Below are positions 1 through 8,514 of a DNA stretch of 64,000 nucleotides, one piece after another. The notes below the pieces were generated by a model. The model saw only the letters and a program-made list of their open reading frames with translations, did no database searches and was not told the origin of the DNA. The DNA is taken from IMG/VR virus record IMGVR_UViG_3300037418_000950; one strand, given 5' to 3'. Source of the stretch: a virus (Duplodnaviria > Heunggongvirae > Uroviricota > Caudoviricetes). Numbering within the stretch: position 1 is the stretch's first letter; each line of letters opens with the position of its first letter. A program made the translations under genes and the position numbers.

Positions 1-13
1 TGTAAGAAAGACA

Positions 14-274
14 CTACCTATCGATCTTGCGCATTACAAAATTGTCTGACTTGGGAAAGTATTTGATCAAGTAAGTTAGGGCTACACCACCAGCTTCATT
101 GAAGACTGAAATGGTTTCCCACTTGGCTACTTCTTCCTTGGACAGAGCCCCCGCCCGATAGATGGCCTTGGCTTCGCCAAGTAGGACGCCGATGGTTTCG
201 CGTAGAGGACTTTCATGACTCATTAAGTCATGAAGGTAGTCCTTATAGCCTTCAATATCGATTGTTTTAGTCAT
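14..274 (-). CDS. hypothetical small protein
   Basis: 86 aa ORF co-oriented with and abutting the downstream GIY-YIG gene; no recognisable motif. Confidence 0.35.
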   Translation of the reverse strand: MTKTIDIEGYKDYLHDLMSHESPLRETIGVLLGEAKAIYRAGALSKEEVAKWETISVFNEAGGVALTYLIKYFPKSDNFVMRKIDR

Positions 275-870
275 GCACCATTGATCTTTCGGAGAACACT
301 TTGTCGTATTTTTTCTTTTTCAGCTTCGGTGCGAGGTTTACCTTTGTTCCAAGGAGTTTTGCCGCTATTAGCGGTGCCTATACGTTTTTTTGATTCTTCT
401 GAATGAGTTTTATTTTTGAACGTTCCATTGGGGAATTTTTTTCGCAAACTTGCTGTTCGCTTGGCACTTTGCTTCTTGTAAAATTCTTTTCCATCACTGG
501 AATTTTTCCATTTTTGGAAACCAGCTTTACGGGCGTCAATACCACGTTCATACATATACTTGGCTTTTTCTGGCGACATACCTAAACCAAGACGATTGAT
601 ATATCCAAAGCCACCCTTGCCACCTGGACATAGGTTGTAGGTATCTTCTGATATGACGACTAATTCTTTTTCTTTAGCATTCATTTCGTCTTCATTATCG
701 AAGATGTGTAGAATCTCTTTGTGAAAATTTTCTATACCGTATTTTTCAATTGCTCGTGTGATAAGAATACCTGAACCCATGTAGCCATCATTCAGGTCTT
801 CTGTTTGATGTTTACCGATATAGTATTTGAAATTGATTTTATTGGTAATACGATAGATAGTGTAGTACAA
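271..870 (-). CDS. GIY-YIG homing endonuclease
   Basis: N-terminal YTIYRITNKINFKYYIGKH...GSG motif (GIY-YIG) plus basic C-terminal NUMOD-like repeats (KKRIG..SGK, KGKPRTEAEKEK). Confidence 0.8.
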   Translation of the reverse strand: MYYTIYRITNKINFKYYIGKHQTEDLNDGYMGSGILITRAIEKYGIENFHKEILHIFDNEDEMNAKEKELVVISEDTYNLCPGGKGGFGYINRLGLGMSPEKAKYMYERGIDARKAGFQKWKNSSDGKEFYKKQSAKRTASLRKKFPNGTFKNKTHSEESKKRIGTANSGKTPWNKGKPRTEAEKEKIRQSVLRKINGA

Positions 871-935
871 TGATACTCTACAGTTGTTCTAATAGGTCTT
901 ACGATATGCCTATTTAGACAACTGTAGAGCTTATG

Positions 936-1017
936 CGGAGCCCAAAGGAATCGAACCCTCAACCTTTCGGTTGGCAATCGCTTTCAAGGCGATCTGTCCC
1001 CATGGACGCTGGACTCC
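936..1017 (-). tRNA. tRNA-Ser (anticodon TGA), class II with long variable arm
   Basis: Cloverleaf read by hand on minus strand: acceptor GGAGTCC/GGGCTCC, anticodon loop CTTGAAA, variable hairpin CCAACCGAAAGGTTG, T-arm GGGTTCGATTCC. Confidence 0.7.
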
Positions 1018-1025
1018 AGCTTTGT

Positions 1026-1226
1026 TTATTTAGATATGCCTAATGCAGCGTCTATCATTTCTTGCCAGATGGATTCAAAAGTTGTGCCGCGTTCTGTAGC
1101 AGCTTCGATCATATCAGGCGTTGGATCACGCATCGCTTCAAGAACTTTGCGGGCAATCCATATAGGTTCACCCACAAATCTTGTGTCATGAATGACTTGT
1201 TGAAGACGCGCTTTCATTGGTGTCAT
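1026..1226 (-). CDS. hypothetical protein
   Basis: 66 aa ORF, 4-nt overlap with the upstream DUF433-like gene. Confidence 0.4.
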   Translation of the reverse strand: MTPMKARLQQVIHDTRFVGEPIWIARKVLEAMRDPTPDMIEAATERGTTFESIWQEMIDAALGISK

Positions 1227-1453
1227 TTGTATGTTCCGTATCGACCGATGTATCCAGGGTGTTCTTTACAGTACGTGATGGATTCTTTAATCTGTGCGTC
1301 AGATATGTGCGGAAAACATTCCCTGACTTCTTCGATACCGTGGCGTTCATAGAGCTTGGCCACGTCGTAGGGTTCGACGCGCGTCCCTTTGATGGTCGGT
1401 CTACCACCACACAACCCTGGAATTTCAACGATCATTGATTTCATCCTGGCCAC
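1223..1453 (-). CDS. DUF433-like small protein
   Basis: 76 aa; IPGLCGGRPTIKGTRV motif typical of the DUF433 family often paired with toxin-like genes. Confidence 0.5.
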   Translation of the reverse strand: MARMKSMIVEIPGLCGGRPTIKGTRVEPYDVAKLYERHGIEEVRECFPHISDAQIKESITYCKEHPGYIGRYGTYK

Positions 1454-1641
1454 GGCACAGAGAAGGTGATGTTCCCTACGTCTCCACTGCGATGCATGAT
1501 ACCCAAGTATTCCGTGTGTCCCGAATCTTGGCTTGGTTGGATCGAGAGTGTAAATTGGCCAGCGTTAGTGATCCAGACGCGATGCTTTTTGCAGAGTTCG
1601 TTTAGGTCATTCATGAAAGCCAATGCTTGTTCGTCGGTCAT
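1441..1641 (-). CDS. hypothetical protein
   Basis: 66 aa ORF overlapping the neighbours by ATGA-type junctions (operon-like). Confidence 0.4.
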   Translation of the reverse strand: MTDEQALAFMNDLNELCKKHRVWITNAGQFTLSIQPSQDSGHTEYLGIMHRSGDVGNITFSVPWPG

Positions 1642-1826
1642 TTCGCGACCGCTATTTTCATAGCTTCTGTTTCGAAGTGTTCATAGTATTGGATAGCCGC
1701 CTCTAAGCGAGTCGTATTGACTCCCCCAGCCACCCCAGGTCCCCCAAGACCAGTGTTGTGAACCTTCATAAGGTCAAGCACGGCCCGTGCAGTCTCGATT
1801 AGTAGTCGTGATTCAGGTCCGTTCAT
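1638..1826 (-). CDS. hypothetical protein
   Basis: 62 aa ORF in a tight co-oriented array. Confidence 0.35.
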   Translation of the reverse strand: MNGPESRLLIETARAVLDLMKVHNTGLGGPGVAGGVNTTRLEAAIQYYEHFETEAMKIAVAK

Positions 1827-2011
1827 TTATTCACCTCTACAAGAAACCCATTACTGACTTTAAGATATCCAGTTTCGATAAGGTCTTCGATAATGGAGTG
1901 TTCGCGCACGGTCCATTCGCCATAATAATTGAGACCATCGAACAAATTGGCATATTGGACTAGTGACTGAACGGCATCCCCAGATACACTCATGCGAATG
2001 CTACTCCCCAA
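1823..2011 (-). CDS. hypothetical protein
   Basis: 62 aa ORF with TTG start; 4-nt overlap with the downstream ORF. Confidence 0.3.
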   Translation of the reverse strand: MGSSIRMSVSGDAVQSLVQYANLFDGLNYYGEWTVREHSIIEDLIETGYLKVSNGFLVEVNK

Positions 2012-2166
2012 CCCATTTTTCCAGGTAGTTTCACGCCTGCGAGGAACGCAATGCGGGCAATGTCCTTATAGAGAACCTTCGCGGCCTCGGGAGCCTCTAC
2101 GGCTTCCCACCAAGCTTCGAAATGTTCTTCGGCGGTTCGATTGTCTCTGACCCATTCAGGCATGAC

Positions 2167-2361
2167 TCAAAATCTTTCTCCACAATGCGGGCACACTGTT
2201 GCCAGCGGCGGTTTCTCGATGCCGTAGTCTTCAGGATCAACGTTGTATTTGGATTTGATGTAATTGTAGGGATGGTCGGGATCGTCGCCGTCAAGGGCGT
2301 AACGATTGACCATCATTTGGCCACGCTTGACCCAAACGGACATTTCAAGGTCTTTGGTCAT
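2167..2361 (-). CDS. hypothetical small zinc-ribbon protein
   Basis: 64 aa ending in CPHCGERF. An unlisted 57 aa ORF (start 2163, MPEWVRDNRTAEEHFEAWWEA...) follows in the same frame. Confidence 0.4.
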   Translation of the reverse strand: MTKDLEMSVWVKRGQMMVNRYALDGDDPDHPYNYIKSKYNVDPEDYGIEKPPLATVCPHCGERF

Positions 2362-2376
2362 TCAATATTTTTCCCG

Positions 2377-2451
2377 TGGTAGCTCCAGTGGGTTTCGATC
2401 CCACTTCGCCCGCTTGAAAGGCGGAAATTCTAGCCACTAAACTATGGAGCC
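2377..2451 (-). tRNA. tRNA-Glu (anticodon TTC)
   Basis: Acceptor GGCTCCA/TGGAGCT, discriminator A, encoded CCA; anticodon stem TCCGC/GCGGG with loop CTTTCAA; T-arm GTGGGATCGAAACCCAC. Confidence 0.7.
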
Positions 2452-2475
2452 ACTATTCCGAAATACGCGGCAGAT

Positions 2476-2504
2476 ATTATAGTATAGTTAAGCGATTTTT
2501 TCAA
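2476..2504 (-). promoter_or_regulatory. sigma70-like promoter upstream of tRNA-Glu
   Basis: Minus strand TTGAAA-N17-TATAAT, about 18 nt upstream of the tRNA 5' end. Confidence 0.5.
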
Positions 2505-2727
2505 GCTCTAAATTTTCAGCTTGACACGACTCAAAGACTATGATGTTCTGAAAGGTTATATACCAACCAAGTTTGAAGACCCATGTGCGACGGGCGAACA
2601 TGGCGAGGGCCAAATCCCCCTGTGCCCTCTGAAACGCATCGTGAATGCGCGATTCGAGAGTTGACGAATAAACAAGACTGTAGCGATCCAATTAACAAGG
2701 CACCCTCGATAGTAGTTGACACTGGAG

Positions 2728-3021
2728 CTATTTAGTAGGTTTCGTAATTAGGTTCGCCAGTCGTCCCCCAATCTTGCGATTCTTGGCAATGTCTTTGATG
2801 TGATCATACTTGCCGTCATTCAGGTCGGTCTCGATTTGAGCCAAGTTGACGACACCCAATTCTTCCAAAAACTGAAAAGCATTTTGCATTCCGTACAGGA
2901 TGCCCTCGATCTTGCCTGCCGAGTAACCCGACTTGCGGCCCTGGTCGTATTGCATCTTCCCGTACTTGGCGAATAAATAGCCAATGGCGGCGAAAATTGC
3001 CGCGAACCAATAATAATTCAT
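2728..3021 (-). CDS. small membrane protein (holin-like candidate)
   Basis: 97 aa; N-terminal hydrophobic segment YYWFAAIFAAIGYLF; divergent from a cell-wall hydrolase-like gene. Confidence 0.4.
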   Translation of the reverse strand: MNYYWFAAIFAAIGYLFAKYGKMQYDQGRKSGYSAGKIEGILYGMQNAFQFLEELGVVNLAQIETDLNDGKYDHIKDIAKNRKIGGRLANLITKPTK

Positions 3022-3043
3022 TAAACCCCCAAAGGATACTCAG

Positions 3044-3499
3044 TTGACATTGCCCTGGATTACCGAAGCTCAAAAACACTTAGGTATAAAAAAAGATGGA
3101 TTGGATGATATGACTATCGTGACGGACGCGAGTTATGACCCCGCGACGCAACCTTGGTCAGGATTGTTCATGGCCTTTGTCTTCGCACAGATCGGCACAG
3201 AGCCGCCGCCGAACTTCTTGGACCCCAAGGCATGGGTAGACTTCGGAACCGCCCTAGATGAACCTGCTATGGGCTCTATCATTGTCCTCGGCCCTGGGAC
3301 ACGGGACACCCCCCATGTTGGCATCTATCTCGGGGAAGATGCCAACTACTACTTTCTACTTGGTGGAAATCAGAATGACACAGTTTGTGTCACGCAAGCG
3401 CCAAAGGGGAAGGATGATGTATTCCGCTGGCCGCCCGACTTCGTGAATGCGCTGGTGAAAGGCAGAGTGAATACTACCATAGAAAAAGCAAAACTTTAA
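3044..3499 (+). CDS. TIGR02594-like/CHAP-like putative cell-wall hydrolase
   Basis: 151 aa, TTG start preceded by AAAGGA. HVGIYLGEDANYYFLLGGNQ block resembles the phage-associated TIGR02594 (NlpC/P60-CHAP-like) family. Confidence 0.5.
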   Translation: MTLPWITEAQKHLGIKKDGLDDMTIVTDASYDPATQPWSGLFMAFVFAQIGTEPPPNFLDPKAWVDFGTALDEPAMGSIIVLGPGTRDTPHVGIYLGEDANYYFLLGGNQNDTVCVTQAPKGKDDVFRWPPDFVNALVKGRVNTTIEKAKL

Positions 3500-3707
3500 G
3501 CAAGCGGTATTAACGGTCCCGAATCGAACGGGAGTTTGACAATCGAGTTGCCTGTCTTTCCATTAGACGAATCGTTTCACTTATGATTCGGGTAGCTTTC
3601 CCGTAAGTGACACCGCTTGCCGTTCCCTAACGATCATGCATAACCGTTTCGGTACTTTAAAATACTACCATAGACAAGGCTAAAGTGCAAGCCTAAAAAG
3701 GAAGGGC

Positions 3708-3797
3708 AAGGGACGGCGGGATTCGAACCCGCGCGCAAGAACGTCACCTCAGTTTTTTCGAGCTTCCATACTCTACTTCAACCTTAGATCAGTCCCT
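3708..3797 (-). tRNA. tRNA-like element (degenerate tRNA; anticodon arm not resolvable)
   Basis: Acceptor AGGGACT/CGTCCCT (one mismatch), D-arm TCTA-AGGTTGAAG-TAGA and perfect T-arm GCGGGTTCGAATCCCGC, but no 5/7/5 anticodon arm in the intervening 39 nt; no encoded CCA. Confidence 0.35.
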
Positions 3798-3842
3798 GGT
3801 GGAAGATACCCAGCAATGCCCGCTGGCGTCCCCATAGCGACT

Positions 3843-3871
3843 AACTTAGTAATAGGTAGGCTAAGTGTCAA
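3843..3871 (-). promoter_or_regulatory. sigma70-like promoter upstream of tRNA-like element
   Basis: Minus strand TTGACA-N17-TAAGTT; leader contains hairpin CCAGCgggcattGCTGG. Confidence 0.45.
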
Positions 3872-4175
3872 GATCAAATGGTTTCCAATCTTTGAAGTAG
3901 GTCGTGCCGACGAAGTTGAATAGCTTCTGCACCCGCTTATCGTCCTCGGGGAACAGTTCCCAGAGCTTGGCCATTTTATACATGCTATAGTTAACCAACT
4001 GATAGTCAAACTCAGCCGCACTTGTCCGCCCCTCGGAAAAAATAACATCCTCGAAATCGAAGATGAATTTCTTCAAGGGACTCAAATCTTGAGTGACCCA
4101 TGCCCGACATACAGTCTCGCGTAGAGCATCAATATCACTTGGAACTAATCTAACACCAGCTTTGATCATCACCAC
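3861..4175 (-). CDS. hypothetical protein
   Basis: 104 aa ORF. Confidence 0.4.
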   Translation of the reverse strand: MVMIKAGVRLVPSDIDALRETVCRAWVTQDLSPLKKFIFDFEDVIFSEGRTSAAEFDYQLVNYSMYKMAKLWELFPEDDKRVQKLFNFVGTTYFKDWKPFDLDT

Positions 4176-4387
4176 CGCCCCCGTTGCCCTACATGTTTCC
4201 CGTGGTCGTCATAGACATGATAGAACAACATTTGTTCCCCCGCGGTTTTCTCGGTCGCAACCTGCATAGCTTCTTCAAGGGTATCGTAATCGCCTTGAAG
4301 CCAATCGTCGCCGTCGAAGGTATCAACACCCACAAGCCTGAACTTGCCCGCGGGTGCCTTGCGTGAAAAGTCTACGTCAATGGCCAT
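4169..4387 (-). CDS. hypothetical protein
   Basis: 72 aa ORF, 7-nt overlap with the downstream gene. Confidence 0.4.
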   Translation of the reverse strand: MAIDVDFSRKAPAGKFRLVGVDTFDGDDWLQGDYDTLEEAMQVATEKTAGEQMLFYHVYDDHGKHVGQRGRW

Positions 4388-4546
4388 GCTTCACCTTCCT
4401 GTTTGTTACACGCCTAAGACTATACGCCTTAGGCGTTCCTTTTCGATAGACGGGTAGCACTGCCCGCCAAGTCAGCTTGCCGCTTCCCCAATCGCGTTTC
4501 TCATAGGCCCGATAGATTTTCATTGGCCGTCTTCGTAGACATTTCA

Positions 4547-4996
4547 TTAATCCTCCACGTGGAAAGATACATGGCCAGGGTGGTTGCCGTGCTCAATGAC
4601 ATAGTCAAGTCTGTCCAGGACTTCTGCCTTGGATATCTTACGATCATTCCAGGTATTATGGTAATAATTTGGGTTAGTGAGCCAATGAGTTGTCACCATT
4701 GGTAATTCAAAGAATTTTGCGAAGGCATTAAAGCCATTATAGCGGGTCGCCTCATTTTTACCATAATAGATATCTCCAAGATACCTATTTCCTGCATCCT
4801 GACGAAAATAGAATCCTTGTTCCACGAATGGCTTATAGACTCCTGCCCAACCTGCAAGACATCCTGCTGTCAAACAACTATATTCTTCGTTCTTGCCTTC
4901 AGGATTCAAATTTCTACCCCAGGAATACATATTGATCTTTTCTTCTGGGGCGTTTGCGAAGAAGTTCCGTAATTCTATCAGGCGTGCTTTATTCAT
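4547..4996 (-). CDS. hypothetical protein
   Basis: 149 aa ORF with a preceding AGGAGG-like RBS (caggagggaactgATG). Confidence 0.45.
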   Translation of the reverse strand: MNKARLIELRNFFANAPEEKINMYSWGRNLNPEGKNEEYSCLTAGCLAGWAGVYKPFVEQGFYFRQDAGNRYLGDIYYGKNEATRYNGFNAFAKFFELPMVTTHWLTNPNYYHNTWNDRKISKAEVLDRLDYVIEHGNHPGHVSFHVED

Positions 4997-5018
4997 CAGT
5001 TCCCTCCTGCTACGATTC

Positions 5019-5423
5019 CTAAGAGATATAAAAGAGAAGAATTAAGGCAGGCATACGTGATCGTCTTCGCCATGTGTCACCTATAGAATTTGCAGTTCGG
5101 AAACTCCTCGCGCAAAATGCGCTTGGCGTCATCCCGCGACTTGGCGTCAAAAAAGCGACGGATAGTCTCCTGTTCATTGGTCGCCCAATAGAGAGACCAG
5201 CCACGGCTTCGCAAGCCCCAATAGGCCCGCCGCTATCATAGCCGCCCGAATCCAGTTTCACCTTTTGCAGGTAGAACTTATGGGGATGTTCAGGAATTGC
5301 CTGAAAATCTTCATAGGCATAAGGCAGGTCGGCACGCCCAAGCGGCGCACCATACTTACCACTGAGTTTTTCCAGTTTAGGCATGTCAACCATCCGTTGT
5401 TTGATCGCGCCAGCACCACACAA
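5019..5423 (-). CDS. hypothetical protein (frame ambiguity in 3' part)
   Basis: 134 aa. Around 5100-5230 an alternative frame reads more protein-like (ATNEQETIRRFFDAKSRDDAKRILREEFPNCKFY), suggesting a frameshift or two small genes. Confidence 0.3.
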   Translation of the reverse strand: MCGAGAIKQRMVDMPKLEKLSGKYGAPLGRADLPYAYEDFQAIPEHPHKFYLQKVKLDSGGYDSGGPIGACEAVAGLSIGRPMNRRLSVAFLTPSRGMTPSAFCARSFRTANSIGDTWRRRSRMPALILLFYIS

Positions 5424-5622
5424 ATAGGTGCGCGAATGCTAGTATCCAAGGGCAATGAAGAAGTATCTCCATGTCAACCATCCTTCAACCAGAAGATATT
5501 GACGCCTAACCACAGATACCGAATCGGAACATACAGTTCTATCCAATGCTCAATGGCGGGGAAGGAGGGGATGATGGTCAATAAGACCATCACCACCAAA
5601 AGCTCCAATTTTACGTTGTGGC

Positions 5623-5832
5623 TCATGCAACATCCCCATTCACAAAGGCATTGTAAAGGGTGATGACGAGAAACGCGCCAGCGGCAATTGCGTGACCACC
5701 GTGACCTTCAAACGCCGTGAAGAACAAATAAAGTGTCTCACCAACGATATGACCGTAGTTGCCAATCACGTGAGAAAGTTTGGTCTTAAGTGTCTGAGTT
5801 TCGATTTCGTCCGTTTTGAAGAAGTCGAACAT
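5623..5832 (-). CDS. hypothetical small protein
   Basis: 69 aa, AGGAG RBS, located directly downstream of the promoter-like element at 5894-5922. Confidence 0.4.
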   Translation of the reverse strand: MFDFFKTDEIETQTLKTKLSHVIGNYGHIVGETLYLFFTAFEGHGGHAIAAGAFLVITLYNAFVNGDVA

Positions 5833-5893
5833 GTTGGGCTCCTGTTCGTGTTCGGGTGTTTGATTTCTTACTCAGTACGTCGTCGGTGAGAAA

Positions 5894-5922
5894 TATCTAA
5901 ACTTTCATTATCAAAAAATCAA
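5894..5922 (-). promoter_or_regulatory. sigma70-like promoter (copy 1 of shared motif)
   Basis: Minus strand TTGATT-TTTTGATAATGAAAGTT-TAGATA; an 18-mer AACTTTCATTATCAAAAA is shared with the promoter at 36287-36314. Confidence 0.4.
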
Positions 5923-5984
5923 GCACCAATTCTTTAATTTTCAAAAAAAATTTTTTACCTGAAAAATTAGGAACTTAGGTAAAA

Positions 5985-6017
5985 AAAACCCCTGACCGCG
6001 AGGGTCAGGGGTTTGTT
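5985..6017. terminator. bidirectional rho-independent terminator
   Basis: AAAAAAAA-CCCCTGACC-gcga-GGGTCAGGGG-TTTGTT: 9-bp GC stem flanked by A-run and T-run, directly downstream of the minus-strand gene ending at 6038. Confidence 0.6.
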
Positions 6018-6037
6018 AGTTTGAGTTATAACGTAGC

Positions 6038-6985
6038 TTAGGCAGCCTGTTTGGCGTACTTCACCGCGAGGTCCAAAGCTTCGATCTTCTTATCCCGTCC
6101 CGCGCCATAGAACGCGGTTTCCATACGGGTATTGTCGTTGTAACCGAACACATGGTCTACGCCATAGGTTACGGCATTGAAGTTAGCCCACCACGTACCA
6201 GCCCCAAGATCGGCTCCAGGCTGTTCGTCAAGAATGCGGGTCAGCAACACCTCAGCATTGCGCGACCGTTCCTTCTGGCGAGCATTCTTACCGACAAACG
6301 GATACAGCTTTTCGAAGTATTCTGCCGTATCGTCATTGTCGGCTCTTACCTTACTGAGAAATTCGGCCTTCTCCTTGTACTCCTTCAACAGGCGACGGTT
6401 CTCAGCAATCAGCTTGTGGACTTCTTCAGGGTCAAACTCGGTGTCGTGCCGATAACGGAACATTGCCTTCTTCAATGCCTGGACCAGTGCGTTCATGCAC
6501 ACAGGACGAATCTGTGTCGGCGTAATCGCGATGCTCCAGCCGTATCGGTGCGGGTTCGAAAACAGGAAGTACGAATCGATATCGTCCAGTTTCTTACCGT
6601 GTTTGAGACGGAAGCCTTCGTTCAGTTTCGCCAGCACGAAGACATTGCGGCCTTCGTCCAACACACCGATGTTCTCAATCGACATTGAGCCTTCACGGAT
6701 GTAACGCTGGAAGAATTTCAGGGCGTCTTCGTTCTGGTGTTCATTCCAATCGTTCGGAACCGATGACAGAATGGCGTCAGTATCAGATCGGATAAGGGAA
6801 CTTCGTCCCGTATAGATATGCCGATCCTTATAGATCACCAGTTCTGGCACCTTATCCACCTTCCAATCAGCGCCTGCCTTCTTCAGCATTTGCTTCAAGG
6901 TGTCAGTGTCATCCACCGTTACCGAGAGATTTTCCCACGGCGCGGAGTTGTCACTGTAGTCGATTTCTTCACGTTCTTTGAACAT
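6038..6985 (-). CDS. DUF932 (phage/plasmid-like) protein
   Basis: 315 aa; C-terminal TWWANFNAVTYGVDHVFGYNDNT block typical of the DUF932/TIGR03299 family. Confidence 0.6.
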   Translation of the reverse strand: MFKEREEIDYSDNSAPWENLSVTVDDTDTLKQMLKKAGADWKVDKVPELVIYKDRHIYTGRSSLIRSDTDAILSSVPNDWNEHQNEDALKFFQRYIREGSMSIENIGVLDEGRNVFVLAKLNEGFRLKHGKKLDDIDSYFLFSNPHRYGWSIAITPTQIRPVCMNALVQALKKAMFRYRHDTEFDPEEVHKLIAENRRLLKEYKEKAEFLSKVRADNDDTAEYFEKLYPFVGKNARQKERSRNAEVLLTRILDEQPGADLGAGTWWANFNAVTYGVDHVFGYNDNTRMETAFYGAGRDKKIEALDLAVKYAKQAA

Positions 6986-7370
6986 GGATTTGTACCTTTG
7001 GTGTTACCTTGATGCTGTTGCGATCACCGTCACGTTTGTAGGCTTCAAGATCACCCAACTTGTCTTCCAAGAGTTTCAAGTCGAGTGCCTTGAATTGTGT
7101 GACTTCACGCAAGGCTTCAAAGCTGTTACCTTCTGCCTTGAACAACCCAAGTTTGATCATGTTATTTTTGATCTTCTCTTTGAGTTGTGCTTCCTTCTTG
7201 ATGGTCTCGGCAAAGGGACTCAGGATCGCCTGAACCACGCCATACTCGTCAATCTGTTTGACAAGCGCGTCAAGGACAACATTGCCAGTCGATTCTTGCA
7301 ACACCTCGGCAAGTTTGTTGACGACCCTGGTAGCCTCTTTTGCTGAGGTCTTTCGTTTGAGTTTGGTCAT
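6969..7370 (-). CDS. hypothetical protein
   Basis: 133 aa, charged/coiled-coil-like. Confidence 0.45.
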   Translation of the reverse strand: MTKLKRKTSAKEATRVVNKLAEVLQESTGNVVLDALVKQIDEYGVVQAILSPFAETIKKEAQLKEKIKNNMIKLGLFKAEGNSFEALREVTQFKALDLKLLEDKLGDLEAYKRDGDRNSIKVTPKVQIHVQRT

Positions 7371-7456
7371 GGAGTCTCCTTCTTCATAAGGGCTTCTTCG
7401 CCCGTTCGAAGGTGAACTTAATTTAGATTATGAAAGAATTCAAGGGGTAATTTTGA

Positions 7457-7912
7457 TTATGAGGAAATTTTGCCGTCTTTGACGTGAATGGCGTTGATGC
7501 CATTTCTCTTATACATTTCAATGACTTCCATGCGATCATCGTAGGCTTGATCGAAAAAGATGCCACCTTGTCGCTTTAGGAAGTGAATAATTTCTTCCTT
7601 GATGATGAAGTCAGGGCGCTTGTCACCCGCCGCCCGCATGTAGAGCCCGTGGTGTAGGTGCCCGAGGTCGTGCTTGCGCAACCAGTTCTCGGTATAGAGG
7701 CGGCAGTTGTCGGCCCGTGCGGTGATGATGTAGATATGGTCGCCCGCGATATAATGGATTCGGTACATGGCCTCCAGGCCCCGCCAAATCTCGTGTTCAA
7801 AGGTCTTACGGTTCCATTCATCCCATAGCTTCGGAGCTTGGTCCAATAGATAATCAAAAGGACGGGCATCCGTTAGGGTCCCGTCCAAGTCGAAGATGAT
7901 ATTTTTACTCAT
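7457..7912 (-). CDS. HAD-superfamily phosphatase (nucleotidase-like)
   Basis: 151 aa; N-terminal FDLDGTLTD motif I of HAD hydrolases. Confidence 0.6.
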   Translation of the reverse strand: MSKNIIFDLDGTLTDARPFDYLLDQAPKLWDEWNRKTFEHEIWRGLEAMYRIHYIAGDHIYIITARADNCRLYTENWLRKHDLGHLHHGLYMRAAGDKRPDFIIKEEIIHFLKRQGGIFFDQAYDDRMEVIEMYKRNGINAIHVKDGKISS

Positions 7913-8277
7913 AGTTTGATGATGTTATTCGGTATGCGGAGAATTATTGTTCGTCGGGTTGCGTAGGGTTTATGGGGGTTATCGACAATAGCGGCATCAA
8001 TCAGTTCGTCCCGCCAACTATCCTTGACTTTTTTGAACCCTACAATCGTGGTTTCGTGAACATAGATGCTAGAGCCTCGCCGCGTAACATATGCCACTTT
8101 ATCGCCAACTTGTAATTCTATATCTCGGAAGTCTTTCATGCTGCGAACTTTCTCAGAAGGATTACGTCCATCGAAGGATCGAGACATTGACGTTGCGAGT
8201 CCATGACGACGTAAAACTTGGCGCGTTTTTTGATGATAGGATTGTGGCAGGTGAGGTGATTGCGAACGAAGGCCCAA
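7909..8277 (-). CDS. hypothetical protein
   Basis: 122 aa ORF, 4-nt overlap with the HAD gene. Confidence 0.4.
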   Translation of the reverse strand: MGLRSQSPHLPQSYHQKTRQVLRRHGLATSMSRSFDGRNPSEKVRSMKDFRDIELQVGDKVAYVTRRGSSIYVHETTIVGFKKVKDSWRDELIDAAIVDNPHKPYATRRTIILRIPNNIIKL

Positions 8278-8514
8278 CAGTCTACTTGATAGGCACTGCG
8301 GAATAGGGTAAGTTCTGTCTCAGTGCAGGGGTCTTCAAATTCAAAATATTTGACTTCATACATGGTTCCCCCTGATTACATACTGATATCGACCAAGCTC
8401 CCCGAAGCTGTGATCGCCCGCACTTTCTTCTTATACAATGCCGCCGCGTTCTTCAGCGCCATTGTAATCATCTGTTGTTGGTTCGGCACGGTCTGGATTG
8501 TGAACCACGTGCCG

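Noticed and set aside
3773-4048. ORFs overlapping tRNA or tRNA-like genes (3773..4048, 22210..22521 5' part, 12750..13100)
   Set aside because: They run through or over cloverleaf-forming sequences with T-arm consensus and have low-complexity translations. The tRNA calls are preferred, and 22210..22521 is probably real only from the internal Met (about 22374).
6152-6688. Plus-strand ORFs (e.g. 6152..6688, 6177..6455, 20250..20714, 40281..40586, 50602..50877, 63480..63974) lying inside long minus-strand genes
   Set aside because: They are antisense to genes with clear family motifs (DUF932, RNase H, NrdJ, fibre-like protein, DNA polymerase), have no RBS and unprotein-like composition, so they are shadow ORFs.
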